A stretch of DNA of 62,371 bases, the filler included, from Gonapodya sp. JEL0774 (taxonomy: Eukaryota): NCBI GenBank assembly GCA_027604505.1. It is 3 parts of 3 records of this genome, joined end to end, with 100 filler letters (N's around TTAATTAATTAA, not from the genome) between each part and the next. Parts side by side here need not be neighbours in the genome. Positions count along the whole stretch, not along the records: positions 42,039 to 62,371 come from JADIIX010000249.1; 2 more parts are not named here. One strand, written 5' to 3'. The position numbers and the translations under genes were made by a program. The notes beneath the pieces were generated by a model. The model ran no database searches, had not been told where the DNA came from, and worked only from the letters and a program-made list of their open reading frames with translations. Positions 45,663 to 58,324 of this stretch are shown one piece after another. Each line of letters starts with the position of its first letter. The first letter of the stretch is position 1.

Positions 45663-48600
45663 GTGCCTGTCGGCACACTCATTGCACAACTGCCACACAA
45701 CGACCGGGTGAAGGAACATGACAGCAACCTACATGGTACTGTCCTGACGTTAATGAAAGCGGAGGCCCTGCCCGGCGCTGTAGATGAGGACGATGGTGCG
45801 ATACAGCACCGCACGGCGCTGATCAAAGCCCAAGTCTTCGGTGTATTGCTTGACGATGCGCTGCTCGACTCTGGTGCTAACTTTTAGGCTATTCGGGCGG
45901 ACATTTACCGCGATTCTATTGCTTGGAAGTACGATTTTCGTGAACGAGCAAACACATGCAAGATTTGCATGACACTTGGTGTGTCAGGCACATATGCTAC
46001 CACTATTGGCATTGTGTTTCGTGCTACAATTTTCCTTGCTGATGGCCCACCTATTACACAGTGGTTGCATGTTGTGGAAAACTTGCACCGCCCCGATGTT
46101 CAGACGTCAACGGGGTTATTAATCAATTGGCGAGCGCAAACTCTCCAGTTCCCACTTTCTTGGGAAGCGAAAGTTAAAACAACGGGATATTCTACACCAA
46201 TCGCTATCGATGTGCGGTTGGATGCGGAACCGGCAGTAGATAAGCATGATGGCTACGGACTGCTCTTAGCAGGTGCTGTTCGTATTCCTGGTGAATCACG
46301 TGCCTACATTCGCCTCATCCCCACAGACGCGGGTTTGCGTGTAAAAGAAAATGAGGGGCGCAAGGTGTGTACTACGGCAAACGAGTTGTTTGCTGCACGA
46401 GACGGCGTCATGATTGAAAAAGGCGTACACAAAATGGAAGCCGGGGGTGTAATTTCTACACAATTAACAAATTGGACTACCTCACCAATCTTGGTTCCGG
46501 CAAACTCACATGTTGCCAGTTTTGAGTTCAGACATCCCGGGGATTATATTGCAGATTACCGCAAACTCAACACATTAACGAAGAAGGACGTCTACCCGCT
46601 TCCACGCGTGGATGACCTCCTTGATGCAACACAAGGCGCACGTTATTACACTGCGCTCGATATTACGTGGGGCTATTGGAACGTCAATATGACGCCGGAA
46701 CACCGTGCGCTGACAGCTTTCATCACGCACGAGGGGTTATTCGAACTGAAACGTATGACTTTTGGCATGACTAATGCCCCGGCAACGTTTCAACGGCTTA
46801 TGGATGCTGTGTTACGAGGTATTAATTGGGTATACACTCTTGTATACTTAGATGATATCTTGGTATTCTCCAGCACGTTTGAGGATCACCTTAAGCACTT
46901 GGAGGAAGTGTTTCGGCGGCTGCGCAATACGAAGTTGAAGCTGCGAGCGGCTAAGTGCGCATTTTGCCAAAAGGAAACACCGTATTTAGGGCACGTGATT
47001 ACGAACGACGGCATGATCAAAATGGATCCCAAAAAGATCGCTGCGATTCGGGATTTCCCCCCGCCGTCTAATGTCTCAGCCTTGCGAAGTTTTCTGGGGT
47101 TGACGGGTTATTACCGTCACTTTATTCCAAAGTTTGCGCACATTGCTGCACCGCTCACTGATATGGCTGCTTTGAATACCGCACCGGACTGGACAAATGA
47201 AAACGCACGGTTGGCGTTTCATCAATTGAAAGAGTTGATGTGCTCCGCTCCTGCGTTACGGCGAGTTGATTACTCGCGCCCGTTTATTCTGCAAACTGAT
47301 GCATCGAAAGTGGCATTGGCTGCTATTCTCAATCAACGTGATAATGATGGGAGAGAGTATTTGATTGGGGCGGCGAGTAAAAAGTTGACGGCAGCGGAGA
47401 AACGCAGGGACGCACGCACCCTCGAAGCATTTGCCATTATTTGGGGCTGTGAATACTTCCGGCATTTCTTGCTTGGAGTACCGTTTGAGCTTCAAACTGA
47501 TCACGAAGCGCTGCGATTGATCAAGTTGCCTACAGCAGTGGGCAAGATTGTCCGATGGGCTATTCGATTATCTGAATATGATATTGGTCCGTCTTACAAA
47601 AAGGGAAAGCTGCACTCTTATGTGGATGCGATCTCCCGTGTTCCGCCCGACGACGACCGAGAACCGATGGAGTTGGACACGTCAGTCCCAACGTACGGTG
47701 ATGTTTCCTGACCTGAATTACCTGACGAAGCTGTGGGCCGCAAATCGGAAACTCATTTTGTCTTGCGCCCTTCCAGCATTCGGACATTTGTAGTGGTTGG
47801 CGAGAGTGATGCTGAAATGGCCGAGGGTGACGCTGTGCCAGAGTCTGGTGCACTTGGTGCCTTCTCCACTCACTCCTTCGCGGAGGCGCGCTACTGGGAG
47901 AGCTGGGCAAAAGCTCAGTATGCAGATTACGATTTGCACTTGGTAATTAACGTTTTGCAGAATCGTGTTCCGGATGGGGAAGCTGATTTGCTGCGATACA
48001 TTGAGGCTGCACAGATAGCATGGGGGTGCACGTTGTATAATGGGTTGCTTTATCCTTTAGTACGGGAAGCGCCTAAACGCCATACTGTGGGGGATAGCGC
48101 TGACGTGACGCTACTGGTTCACGGATCATATGCGACGGTGCGTGGCCCTTTAGTTGTACCGTACGCTCGGCGTGAAGAGCTGTTACGCATGTTCCATGAT
48201 CAGCCAATGGCCGCTCATGCCGGTATGACGCATATGATCCGTTTACTGCGAGGTCAATATTATTGGTCTTACTGGGTCCGCGATGTGCGCCAGTACGTTG
48301 GGAGTTATATATCATGTCAGAGTCGGAAGCCTCCACAACCGATGTGACAGGGTTTGTTGCAGCCATTCGACTTTTCGGCTGCACAACCGTTTGACAATGT
48401 TTGTGCGGATCATTGTGGGCTGTTCCCGGCTACACCCGAAGGTTATCAGTACATTCTGGTACTGGTTGATTTATTTACACGTTGGACGGAAGCAGTTCCT
48501 GTCCCCGACGTCTCGGCAATTACTACAGCCCAAGCAGTGTGGCATCATTGGATTTGCCGTCACTCGATGTTTTGCCGTTTTCACTCCGGTCGGGGTCCGG

Positions 48601-49790
48601 CTTTTCACAATGTGTTGTTCAAGGAGCTCGCGCATTACCTTGATTTTGATCAAACACATTCGTCTCCGTTCCATCCCCAAGGGAACCCGTACGCTGAACG
48701 TATAATGAAGCCTTTGGTAGATGGGCTCACACATTATGTGAATTTGAAGGGTACGAATTGGAATGACGCGTTACCGGCCATTATGTTTGCGTTCAACACG
48801 CGGTATCATTCAACATTGAATGATTCGCCATTTTATTTTGCGACCGGTCGTGATGCTAAAATGCCGGTTAATGTTATTACGGGGATGTCTACTGGTGTGG
48901 TGCGCACGCTTCCGGTGGATGGGGAGGGAAAGCCCTTACCCATTGCAGCGTCTTTGTCTGAAGCGTACTCTGCGCTCCGTGAACGAATTGATGTTGCGGC
49001 GAACGCTCGTAAGATGGCGTATGATGCAACGCACAAAGATGTCGAATTCGAAATTGAAAGTATGGTGATGGTTTACTATGAGGAACGTCACCGTCCAGGC
49101 GAAAGCTCCAAATTCATTTCAAAATGGATTGGTCCGTTCCGTATCACTGAGAAAGTTGGTCCGGTCACTTACCGTGCGAAACATATTTATACGGGTCAAA
49201 CTACGTTGGCACACGTTACACGCCTTCGGAAAATTCTGCCCCGTATTGGCATGTTTTCTTCCGCATTAGCTATTCCTGATACTACGCGTATCCCGGACGA
49301 TTCTGTGTTGTCTGAACCTCCTGTTGTGGAGCCGGTGGAACCTGCACCCACTCCAACCGCTGTTGATGTTTCGGGTATGCCTGTTTATGAAGTCGAGGCA
49401 CTTCTTGATCGCCGCCAGAATGGTCCGTTGGTGGAGTACTATGTGAAGTTTAATGGTTACTCTGTCCCTGAGTGGATTGAGGAGGAAAACGTTTTGGCAG
49501 AGGCTATGTTGGATGATTATGAAAGCTGTCATCCAACCGGTCCAAATGGACGTGCTCTTACTGGAGGGCAACGCAAGCGTGCGATGAATACACGTTTGGA
49601 AATTCGCCGTGCAGCGTACTTCGGCCGTGTTGGTACTGATGAGCCACCACCACAATTTACTTGGCCACACAAACGGCCTTGTGGTATGAAGCCCAGTGGC
49701 TCCGATTTGAAAAAAGGGCTACGTGGCTCCCTCTTAAAGAGGAAGGGGGAGAAAGTGGCTCAAGGAGCCATGGCCATCGACGCTGATTGA
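45663..49790 (+). pseudogene. pol: Gypsy Pol (PR-RT-RNaseH-INT-chromodomain), disrupted
   Basis: PR ALLDSGA then TAG at 45885; RT DYRKLN..YPLP..YLDD with its N-terminus deleted; RH LQTDAS; frameshift ~47710; INT FHD..AHAG..xxSC, TGA at 48345, second catalytic D replaced by G (FHSGRG); chromodomain YEVEALLDRR..EYYVKFNGY..EWIEEENV. Confidence 0.95.
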
Positions 49791-49949
49791 GGGACCGTCG
49801 AACGTTTGCGTGTTAGGTGTTGATGATGATTAAGTTTACGGGTCGGGGTGTTTTGTACACTTCTGTACGGTACGATTACGTTACGTCCTTTTCGTATGCG
49901 ACTGCGTGCTTTTAGTGACGAGGGCGTCACTTGAAAGAGGAACGGGGAG

Positions 49950-50066
49950 TGTGGTGTACTGGGCACCTGGGATGCATGCAGGTAGTCATATATGTACTGT
50001 ACGAGCTAGACATACATCAGATCCCCGTCCTACATCTACCGTTCAGGTCCAGTACGGGACATCACA
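49950..50066 (+). repeat. 3' LTR (117 bp)
   Basis: Follows the PPT, ends CACA and is followed by TSD ATCT. Confidence 0.95.
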
Positions 50067-52255
50067 ATCTGACCTCTATCTGGCAAGCGAGGGAGAGAGG
50101 TTGACCACGAGGCACAATGAAGCCATAAGAATAGCAGGATAAGGGAAAGTAGTGAAGAGATTCACCTGTTGGATTGGTTGTGATTGTCTGGACAAACAGA
50201 ACTCTGTCCCCAACATCCAAATGAAGTCTGCACCCATCTGGATGCTTTGCACATGTCCTGCTGTTGTCCTTTTTGCTAAGACCCACTACATCAATTAATG
50301 GAGGCATTGCGAGGGGTGTGGCGGCCAATAGAGCTCTGGAAACGTTCAAATCAGGCGGAATCGGAGTGCTTGAGACAGTTTTCAAGCACATGGGTAATGG
50401 CATAACCACGTGCAGGCCTTGGAGCGAAGCAAAAACATCGTATTATGTTGAAATTTTACATATATAACCGTAGAATCAAGTCCTGGCAACAATAGCACTC
50501 AAAAAACGGCTTCAGAAAAACTTTTCCGAGTTTATCCTTTGACCTGTCCACTTGTGGTCAGTTGGTCTGGGGTGTGTGTACAAGACAACTGCTGGGGGCG
50601 TGCCCAAAAGTACAAGGTAGATTCTGCTTGGTCATGTGAGGTTATGTTGTTTTTTGTGAGGGGGGAGAATGCTCAATTTGAATTGTTTTTATGGTTTGAA
50701 GGTGCTTAATTGAACATTGTCGGTTTTGGGCCTGTGCGCTGTATGCTTAGACAAGGATTTCATTTCCAGCATTTCACTTTCAAGCTTCTGACCAGGTATT
50801 TCTGGTTCAAATTAACACTGTTTCATTCAAACATTTCACTTTTGACATTTGCAGTGTTCTCCTAGGTGTTATGCTCCCAAATAGACACAGCAAGTATGTG
50901 TGTACAGAATGGAAGAATGATGTATCATGTAAGCACAGACTGGTTGAACACCAAAAAGCAAACGATATTGTTCAGACAATCATTTGGCAGAAGACCAGCT
51001 CCAGCATCAACAGTAGAGAAACTGATAGGCAAACCTCAGAACTTTGTTGATAGAAGTTTGACAAGGATAGAGGATGTCCTTGTCTGTGCAAATTAGTATA
51101 TTATACCGCTGGTGCACAACCTGTGAAGGGGGGATTTTGAAGCACAAACAAACTATATTTCTTGTTCCTTCCTGATGATATACTGAAGTCATCCTAAACA
51201 ATCTCTTTATTTTCTCCAGGCCTGAAAACTTTAAGCTTTGGTTATCAAATTTCTTTAAGTCAACTATTTTAATGCTTGTCATCATCTTTGTATAAATTGT
51301 TCAAGAAAATATTATATTTGTGTCCGTTTATTCATTTGATTGAGTACAAATATTGTGATCTAGTCAATACAATTGTTTGATAAGGCGCTCAAAAGTGGTT
51401 CTCACCAATAGGCTTCAAATTTGCAAATCAAGTGAGCAAACAAAATGAACAAATAACCATAAAATTTTGAGCCTTGTCGAAAATATGCGTCTCTTATCAA
51501 ACAAACAAAATGAACAAGTAATCAACTTCATATCGACTTCAAATTGATCAACCACACTCGAGGTGCAAACGTTCACTCTGACTCGTGGGGACAGGCGGAA
51601 ATTGAGAACTCACTTCAGTGAATGTCTCGGAATGACCGCACCGGCATAGTCAAGCTCTTGATAGAGCAAGGGGCCATTGCCAGCGCAGTGTGGTATGTGC
51701 ACTTCACCTTGTGTCAAAGGTCCAAACAAAACTTATCTCTTTCCATACATTCCTTGGTTCAAATAGATGTGGTGACGCCGTTATCCACCTCACACATACA
51801 CAATGAGTGCATCTGAAAAAATGACTCTCCCCCTCCTCAACGCCGATTCTTCTGCCAATCCCTTCGAACCGCCGATGTTCCAGAACCAGCACCAAAACCA
51901 TCAGAAACTTCTGGACCATCCTTTTGATTGCTCTTATCTGCTACAAGAAACACACTTGGGAAGGTGCTCCATCCATCATTGTGGGTGTCTCGTGGACATT
52001 CTGCTGCAGAAGTGCGCCTCAATTGCCACCAGAACACTTCACTCCCCCCTTCACACTTGGACCTGGTAAGTTGCTTACCCTCAGTCTATAACCTAATTTG
52101 ATTCTTCTTGACTATATTGTTGACAGTGTCTGTACGAAGGACATATCTCCACCTCCCACTCTCCCTGACATCAGTAGCACAGTCACCGCACTCAATACAC
52201 TTGAAGCATCTGATTTTTCTTCACAGAAACTCATCGAAGATCAGGATGGCAGAAT

Positions 52256-54769
52256 TCTGTAGTGAGTCTTGCCTCACCACAATTTGGCGCACTCCGGATA
52301 CCTTACGGTTTTAACAGCGACCAGACAACCGCTTCGACAACCCTCATTCATGCCCCACTGCTCCCCCAGAGATACTCAACCATATCTTCTACTGCGTTCC
52401 ACTCCCTCGGCTCTATTCTACCATGAGACACGTTTGTTCCTCATGGCACACTTGTATCGGGTCTTACGGCCAAATTCCTTGTTGGGTGAATGTGGAAATC
52501 ATCAACAGCACCGCCAACCCTTGTCCTGTCCATCTCGGACTCATGAAACCAGGGTTTAACCTCATCACCTCTGACACACATCTCTTTACTCACGGCGGGA
52601 CACTTCTTCCTTGCACCAGGTGTAACATCAAAATCGATTTTGTTTGCAAAATGCCTCCGTGGTCGAGCTTTCAAGACATCGTCGCTCCCTACAGTCTTGG
52701 TGAAGTTTATGTCGGTCCCAGAGAACTTGAACGCAAGCACATACAAAACAACAACATTGCTGCTCCTCTGTATCATGCAAGTGATGAGAGTATCGACGTT
52801 GAAAACATAGCAGATGCGTTGCACAGAACCACAGATCCCAACTTCCCCTATCGAGCTGGTAAAATGGTCGATTGCGGGTTGCAAGTGTGCATCCTTTGTA
52901 GTACAAGGAACCTTACGCTGGTGAAACTGCTGTTTAGATGGTTTGGGATTTGGAGGACTTTGCTTTTCGCTGCCTTGAGAAGCATTTTCGTTATCCAATA
53001 ACTGGACTTTTGCAAGGGGTTGGTCCGACAAAATGGTGTAACCCCCAAATGCTGATGGACATTGCTTTGTTTTCAACCACCACCTGTGATATAGGGGACA
53101 ACTGTAGGTGTGATTTCCTTTATGCCACATGCAATATTGCTGAGGACTTGTGGAACAGCCATCCATTCCAGAAATATCGAAATATGTATAGACGACCAAA
53201 ATATGATGGTTCAGAATGACGCTAGACACTAATGCTAAAGATGTTTGTGTGTGCAGGTGCACGCACATTTGTGCCACCATGTCCAAATACCCTTTCTTGT
53301 GTGCTGCAGCCAGCAACAAGGTCTCAGACGGGCGGATGAAACACAAGGTAGCATCAAAGCACTGGATTTCTGTCGCTGAAGCTCACATCGATGGTTCTCA
53401 AACTGTAACCACTTCCCACTGACCTCTACAAACCTCAAACGCAGCTCTCCTGTGCAAATCCGAACTGAAGTTGCGAATAGATGGTTCAAAATGCTTGGTC
53501 TAGTTCCACTCAACAAGTACCAGGTTGATGAATCAAAAGAGGCCTTCTGTCACCCCCAAGTTGAACTTGAGTACAGGATAAAAGTTCTGGAATACACTCT
53601 AAGACTGATTAGGGAACTAGGGTCCAAAAACTTGACACGTGCAGAGAACGATGGAATTGTTGCTAGTATACAAAAGTGTCTTATTGAGCAAAAGCGCTAC
53701 TTGGCTGTTAAAGAATAGAGACATGATCTGTGAGTCCTCCCCCTTGCCTTGAATTTGGTCGGTATCTCTGGATGAGAGCATTCTGTACAGGAAATTGATG
53801 AAAGTACTTATGAATCCATTTGAGTTAGGAGGATTTGGAGGTACAGCTTCTTGGCTATTTTGAGCATGTGTTTCAGCCTGACCTGTTGAATTCAGAGCTT
53901 TCGGAACCAAAATGGAGGCTCATTGACCACACGCAGAAGCAGCTCCACACAGGGACAATATTTGAAGGTGTGAGAGGAAGCGATCTTCAAATCAGCCCAA
54001 TGGAATTGTACAATAATTGGGTGAAAGAATCCCAGCCCATTCGACTACTTGTAATCTTTTGGTGAGTTTTTTTACATCCAATGTTCAAGAAGGTACAGTA
54101 GAGTTCTTACTGATATAATTGCTGTCAAGGTGGCACATGCTTGATGCAGTAAACCAGTCTGGTGCTTTTGATAGCGAAGAAACAACTACCTTGTTCACTG
54201 GGACATTGTTTGAAATGCTCTCAAAGCCCCAGCCCGGCAAAAAGATTCACAGAAACCAGAAACTACCCAATGGGAATGAGTTTGAACAACCTGACAAAGG
54301 TGTTACAGTTGGCAATTACACAGTCATGGACTTTGAAGCAAAGTCACCAAACAACCCAGATATTCCAGAAGATGCCATGAAAACCAATACCAGTGCTGGA
54401 AAAAGTGTCAGGGAAAGGCGTGATTACCTTGGTGCAAGAGCAGCTGACGAACCTCTACAGGAAGTGTTGTCTGTACTTGCACATGGACCGAAGTTCTGCA
54501 TATACAGCACCAAAGAACCATACAGAGACAGTGGTATCGCTTTGTCCATGCCAATCACCGAACCAACTACCATCCCCACTGATTGTAATGCTAAGACAGA
54601 GGAATTCATGCTGTTTATTGGAGTGATATCTCAATATTGGGATCGAGTTGATGCAACATGCACAACCCTTTGGGAACGACTCCATATTTCTGGGGGTGAC
54701 ACTGTAAAACTGACAAAACAGCTCGAAAGTCTTCACATCAGCTCTTCTTCAGAGTCCAGTATGTTTTGA
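52256..54769 (+). pseudogene. Decayed multi-domain gene ending in a PD-(D/E)XK restriction-endonuclease-like domain
   Basis: Consecutive co-oriented Cys-rich ORF fragments from 52423 to 53718, then 54119-54769 with E..QPDKGVTVGNYTVMDFEAKSP..EDAMK. Whether all the fragments are one gene is uncertain. Confidence 0.55.
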
Positions 54770-55094
54770 GGAGCTTTTTCCACTTTGCAGTTTTATTCAC
54801 TTGGAACTTGTCACAGGTCTTCTACTGAGCTGGATGAAGGCCAACCTAGTGCCCTAGAAGGTCATAGGAACAAGGTCCCATTTGCCTACACTTGGAAGAA
54901 AATATTCAAGTAAGACATATCCCTTACTGGAAGTTTTGACACTATTCTGAACCCAATTCTTGCTACTAGGAAGGGAAGCAAATGAATTTGCTTTTTGGAG
55001 ATCAACAGGGAGAGCTGGTTGCCTGACGAAGGAAGCCGGGGAGATTTTGCCAGGCCAGGATGGCCTTTGTCTGTGCGCAACTTAGTGTACTCCA

Positions 55095-58000
55095 TGTGCG
55101 GCTGCTCATCTATGCGAGGCTGGCTAATCTAGTTTACGAGTATGGTACACATATTGTACACAATGTCTGAACATATACCAACACTCCCCCTGATCATGAA
55201 CATCAGGGGGAGTGTTGGTACACTCTTAATGTCAGACACTCCCACATGTGCTCTATGTTGTTCAAAAGAAGGCTTTGGAAGTGACTTGGTCAGTACATCT
55301 GAGGTGTTCTGATTTGTAGAACTATAGACCAGTCAAAGAGTATTCTGTTTGATGTAGTTACAGACAAAGAAATACTTGATTGGGAAATGTTTTGTCATCT
55401 GATGATTCTTCTGATTATGTGCCAAGGACAGTGCACCCTTTTAATCGCCATAGAGAGTTGCATCTGGTTTTCCAGGTCCAATCAACTCAATACTAGACTT
55501 CAAAGGCCAACCAAGCTCTGTGAAAACATAGGTGTACCATAACAGTTCCTTGACAGCATAATGCTGGGATACAAACTCTGGAAATGTTGACGGGTCAGTT
55601 AGGAGATCCTGTTTTCCAGTCGACCAACTGATGGCTCCCCCTGACAACATGAAGAGGTATCCCTGTCTAGACTTGAAATCAGCTGGATCACTGGCAAATG
55701 TCGCATCATAGTAACCACGGAAGTCCATCCGACTAGTAGCCCTTTGCGGGTCATCTCGCCCAATGTAGGTAATCCCATAATTCATAGTTCCACTTAAATA
55801 ACACAGAAGATAAACCATTGCATTGTAGTGCTGCTTGCCTGGGTTATTCAAAGTTTCAGAAAGAATGCGGAGCGCCATTGCAATATCAGGGCGACTAGTA
55901 ATAGCAATGTAGTTAAGAACACCAACAACATGGCAATAATGTGCATTATCAATTCCAACTTTCTCACTCTCAGATGTTGGACAGTTGTACGCAAAAGAAC
56001 CAATCCGGGGTGCACAGGAGTAGATACGGGACAACATCCAACCATATTTTGGTCATCTGAAAGATCTTCAATTTTCTGTGCGTTCTGAACGGTAATAGAC
56101 TTAGTAACTGGAGCACAGTGAGTTTCTGACCCAAGTTTGGGTTCAAGGCAGCGCTCAAGTTCAGCAATGAATTGGTCTGCCAGTTCTTCTGTCAGAGCCA
56201 CCACTAGTCCATCATCTACATGTATCATCACAACCATGCGTAGAGTATCATCCTCGTATTACAAACAAATATGCAATTGTTGGATTCCAGCTGTTTAAAA
56301 CTGAGGTCGTTCATGACATCCACAAATCCATTGAACCAGACATTGGCAGCTTGTTAAAGACCATACAAGGATTTCTTGAGTTTGCACACAAAGCCAGGCT
56401 TGGAGATAAAACCATGGGGCTGTTCTAAGTACACAGCTTCGGATAAGTTGCGATAGAGAAAAGCCTTTGTAACGTCAAATTGCCTTACGGCAAGACCTTT
56501 GTCGGCTGCCTTGGCCATCACAAGTTTCCATGATTTTCCATTCATAGTTGGGGCAAAGGTTTCATAGTAATCAAAACCAAAACGTTGTGTAAACCCACAG
56601 GCACACCATTGAGCTTTGAAACAAATCCAGGAACCTTCCATTTGCTTCGCATCATGTACCCATTTCCCAGTGATAATCTTATGTCTCTGCGGGACATCAT
56701 TAACATCCACCAATTCCCATGTGTCATTATCAATGAGTTGATTGAGTTCCGCTTGCATGGCTAACTTCCATTGTTCAGTGTAAACAGAGGCACTTGCGTC
56801 AGCCCAAGTATTGGGTACTGGAACTATAGATAGTACCGCCATGGTGACCCAACCACTGTGTTGAGTATTGTTTATATACACTGGAGGATTGTTACTGGGA
56901 TCTGTTACCTCATGGGGACTGTGAGCCAGAACTTCCTGTTGGAATGGTGTGAGTTGTGATACAATTTGCTGACATTTATCACAGAAGACTCCCCCTGGTT
57001 TTGTACATCAGATAGGGATTTGTCTGACATAGAAGGGCCAACTGGTTTGATCAATGGCTGCAATTATTGAGTAGGACAAGGAATACAAGAATACTTCCCC
57101 GCCAGTGAGGGGATTTCAACAGGCAGTTCCTGTCTGGTACCTTTAGGGGCAGAAACTTTCGAAGTAGAAGGGCGCGGAATACGTGAGTATTTTCCAGGGG
57201 CTGGAGGGATTTCAACAACTAAATCTGGCTTCAATTGTGACTTAGCTGGTAAGATTGGTAAAGAAGGTGTTGGATGTAGTGATGAAATTGCAGGAAACTG
57301 AGTTGAAGAGGGGACAACAGAATCCCAGATTGTCTCCTTCCCTTTAGCACTTCAGAGAAGTACGCCATGAGTTGGGGACTGCAGTGGTTCTGGTAAAGCA
57401 TCAGTAGCCACTTCAGGTTTCATGGAGGCTTCAGGCACTGGACTGCGGGTCACAGGACCTGAAGAAGCTGGCTGGGCAGTTATTTCCGCTGGTGGGTTTG
57501 GAGGACAATGAGGTGGATCATCATCATCGTCATCAGCAGTAAAGCAAATGTTCAATTTCTGTGGTAATGGAGAATCTGCTTGAGGAACTTTTAGAGAGAG
57601 ATTTTTGTCATCCTCCAATCCCAACTGACTGACATCTTTGATAGTGTGGCCAGAATGTGGGAGATAATACGATCTGATGAGAGCTTCTTCTATGAATTTG
57701 CAGTCATAAAGAGCGGATACTGTTGCGTGTCTTCGGATTGTCAAAGACATACACAGTGGAGTCTGTGCCGTATCCAATCATGTAGCATACATCCGCACAT
57801 GGTTGTAGTTTGTTTCGACTGCCATCTTTAATTAACACATTTGCACAGCACCCAAGAATGCGCAGATGGTCAAGTTTGGCTTTGCACTTTCTTGGAATTT
57901 CAATGGCGAGTCGATCGAGGGCGGATGAAGGAGAACAGTTTCGCAAGTAAGCAATAGCAAGCGCGCGATAGCCCCAAAGGCTGTCCAGTAGTTGGGCCAT

Positions 58001-58320
58001 GACCAAAGTGCTTCACACATTAGTCATAATTGTTCTGATTATTTGTTCTGCTTTTCCATTGTTAGAGGATGTATGTTCAGTTGAAGTCTCGGGTGTGATA
58101 CCCCTTTTGTTCATCCATTTCCATCATAGCATGATTGAGTAGAATTTCTTTGGCATTGTCACTGTGGATTGCTTTTGTTTTCCAGTTGTATTAGCGTTCA
58201 CCTCTGGTAATAACAGATTGTAAACACTTTGTTGCTTCCGACTGTCTTGTCATTAGTTTGGGGAAAATTGCTCCTGATGATTCATCCAGAAGGGCCATGA
58301 AATATTGGAACCCCCCATCA
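55095..58320 (-). mobile_element. Ty1/Copia relic A (integrase C-half, RT, RNase H, PPT, start of 3' LTR)
   Basis: YFMALLDE, IHSDNAKE, NGKAE, LWGY..AYLRN, LRILGC, GKWV..GFTQ..DYYETFAP, QFDVTKAFL, LKKSLYGL, IHVDD, SRPDI, GYYDA..SRQGY, DVLTK; PPT AGGGGGAG then TGTTGG at 55183. The LTR far end is uncertain. Confidence 0.93.
55176..55220. repeat. Perfect 19-bp inverted repeat (7-nt loop) covering the Copia PPT/LTR junction
   Basis: TACCAACACTCCCCCTGAT-catgaac-ATCAGGGGGAGTGTTGGTA. Confidence 0.97.
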
Positions 58321-58324
58321 CTGT

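Larger units (their letters stand above)
42193..50066 (+). mobile_element. Full-length degenerate Ty3/Gypsy chromovirus LTR retrotransposon
   Basis: LTRs 42193-42326 and 49950-50066 (TGTG..CACA); TSD ATCT at 42189-42192 and 50067-50070; PPT GAAAGAGGAACGGGGAG before the 3' LTR; TGG-starting putative PBS after the 5' LTR; gag, PR, RT, RH, INT and chromodomain in Gypsy order. Confidence 0.97.
42039..50307 (-). pseudogene. Small gene split by the Gypsy insertion (pieces 50067-50307 and 42039-42192)
   Basis: MPPLIDVVGLSKKDNSRTCAKHPDGCRLHLDVGDRVLFVQT.. continues across the empty site as DRGQMVEA/AAAYKLDERQN|TTCCVGLA with a 1-nt shift. Confidence 0.5.

Noticed and set aside
51622..51690. Ankyrin-like fragment RNDRTGIVKLLIEQGA
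   Set aside because: A single half-repeat with no supporting flanking repeats; too little to call.
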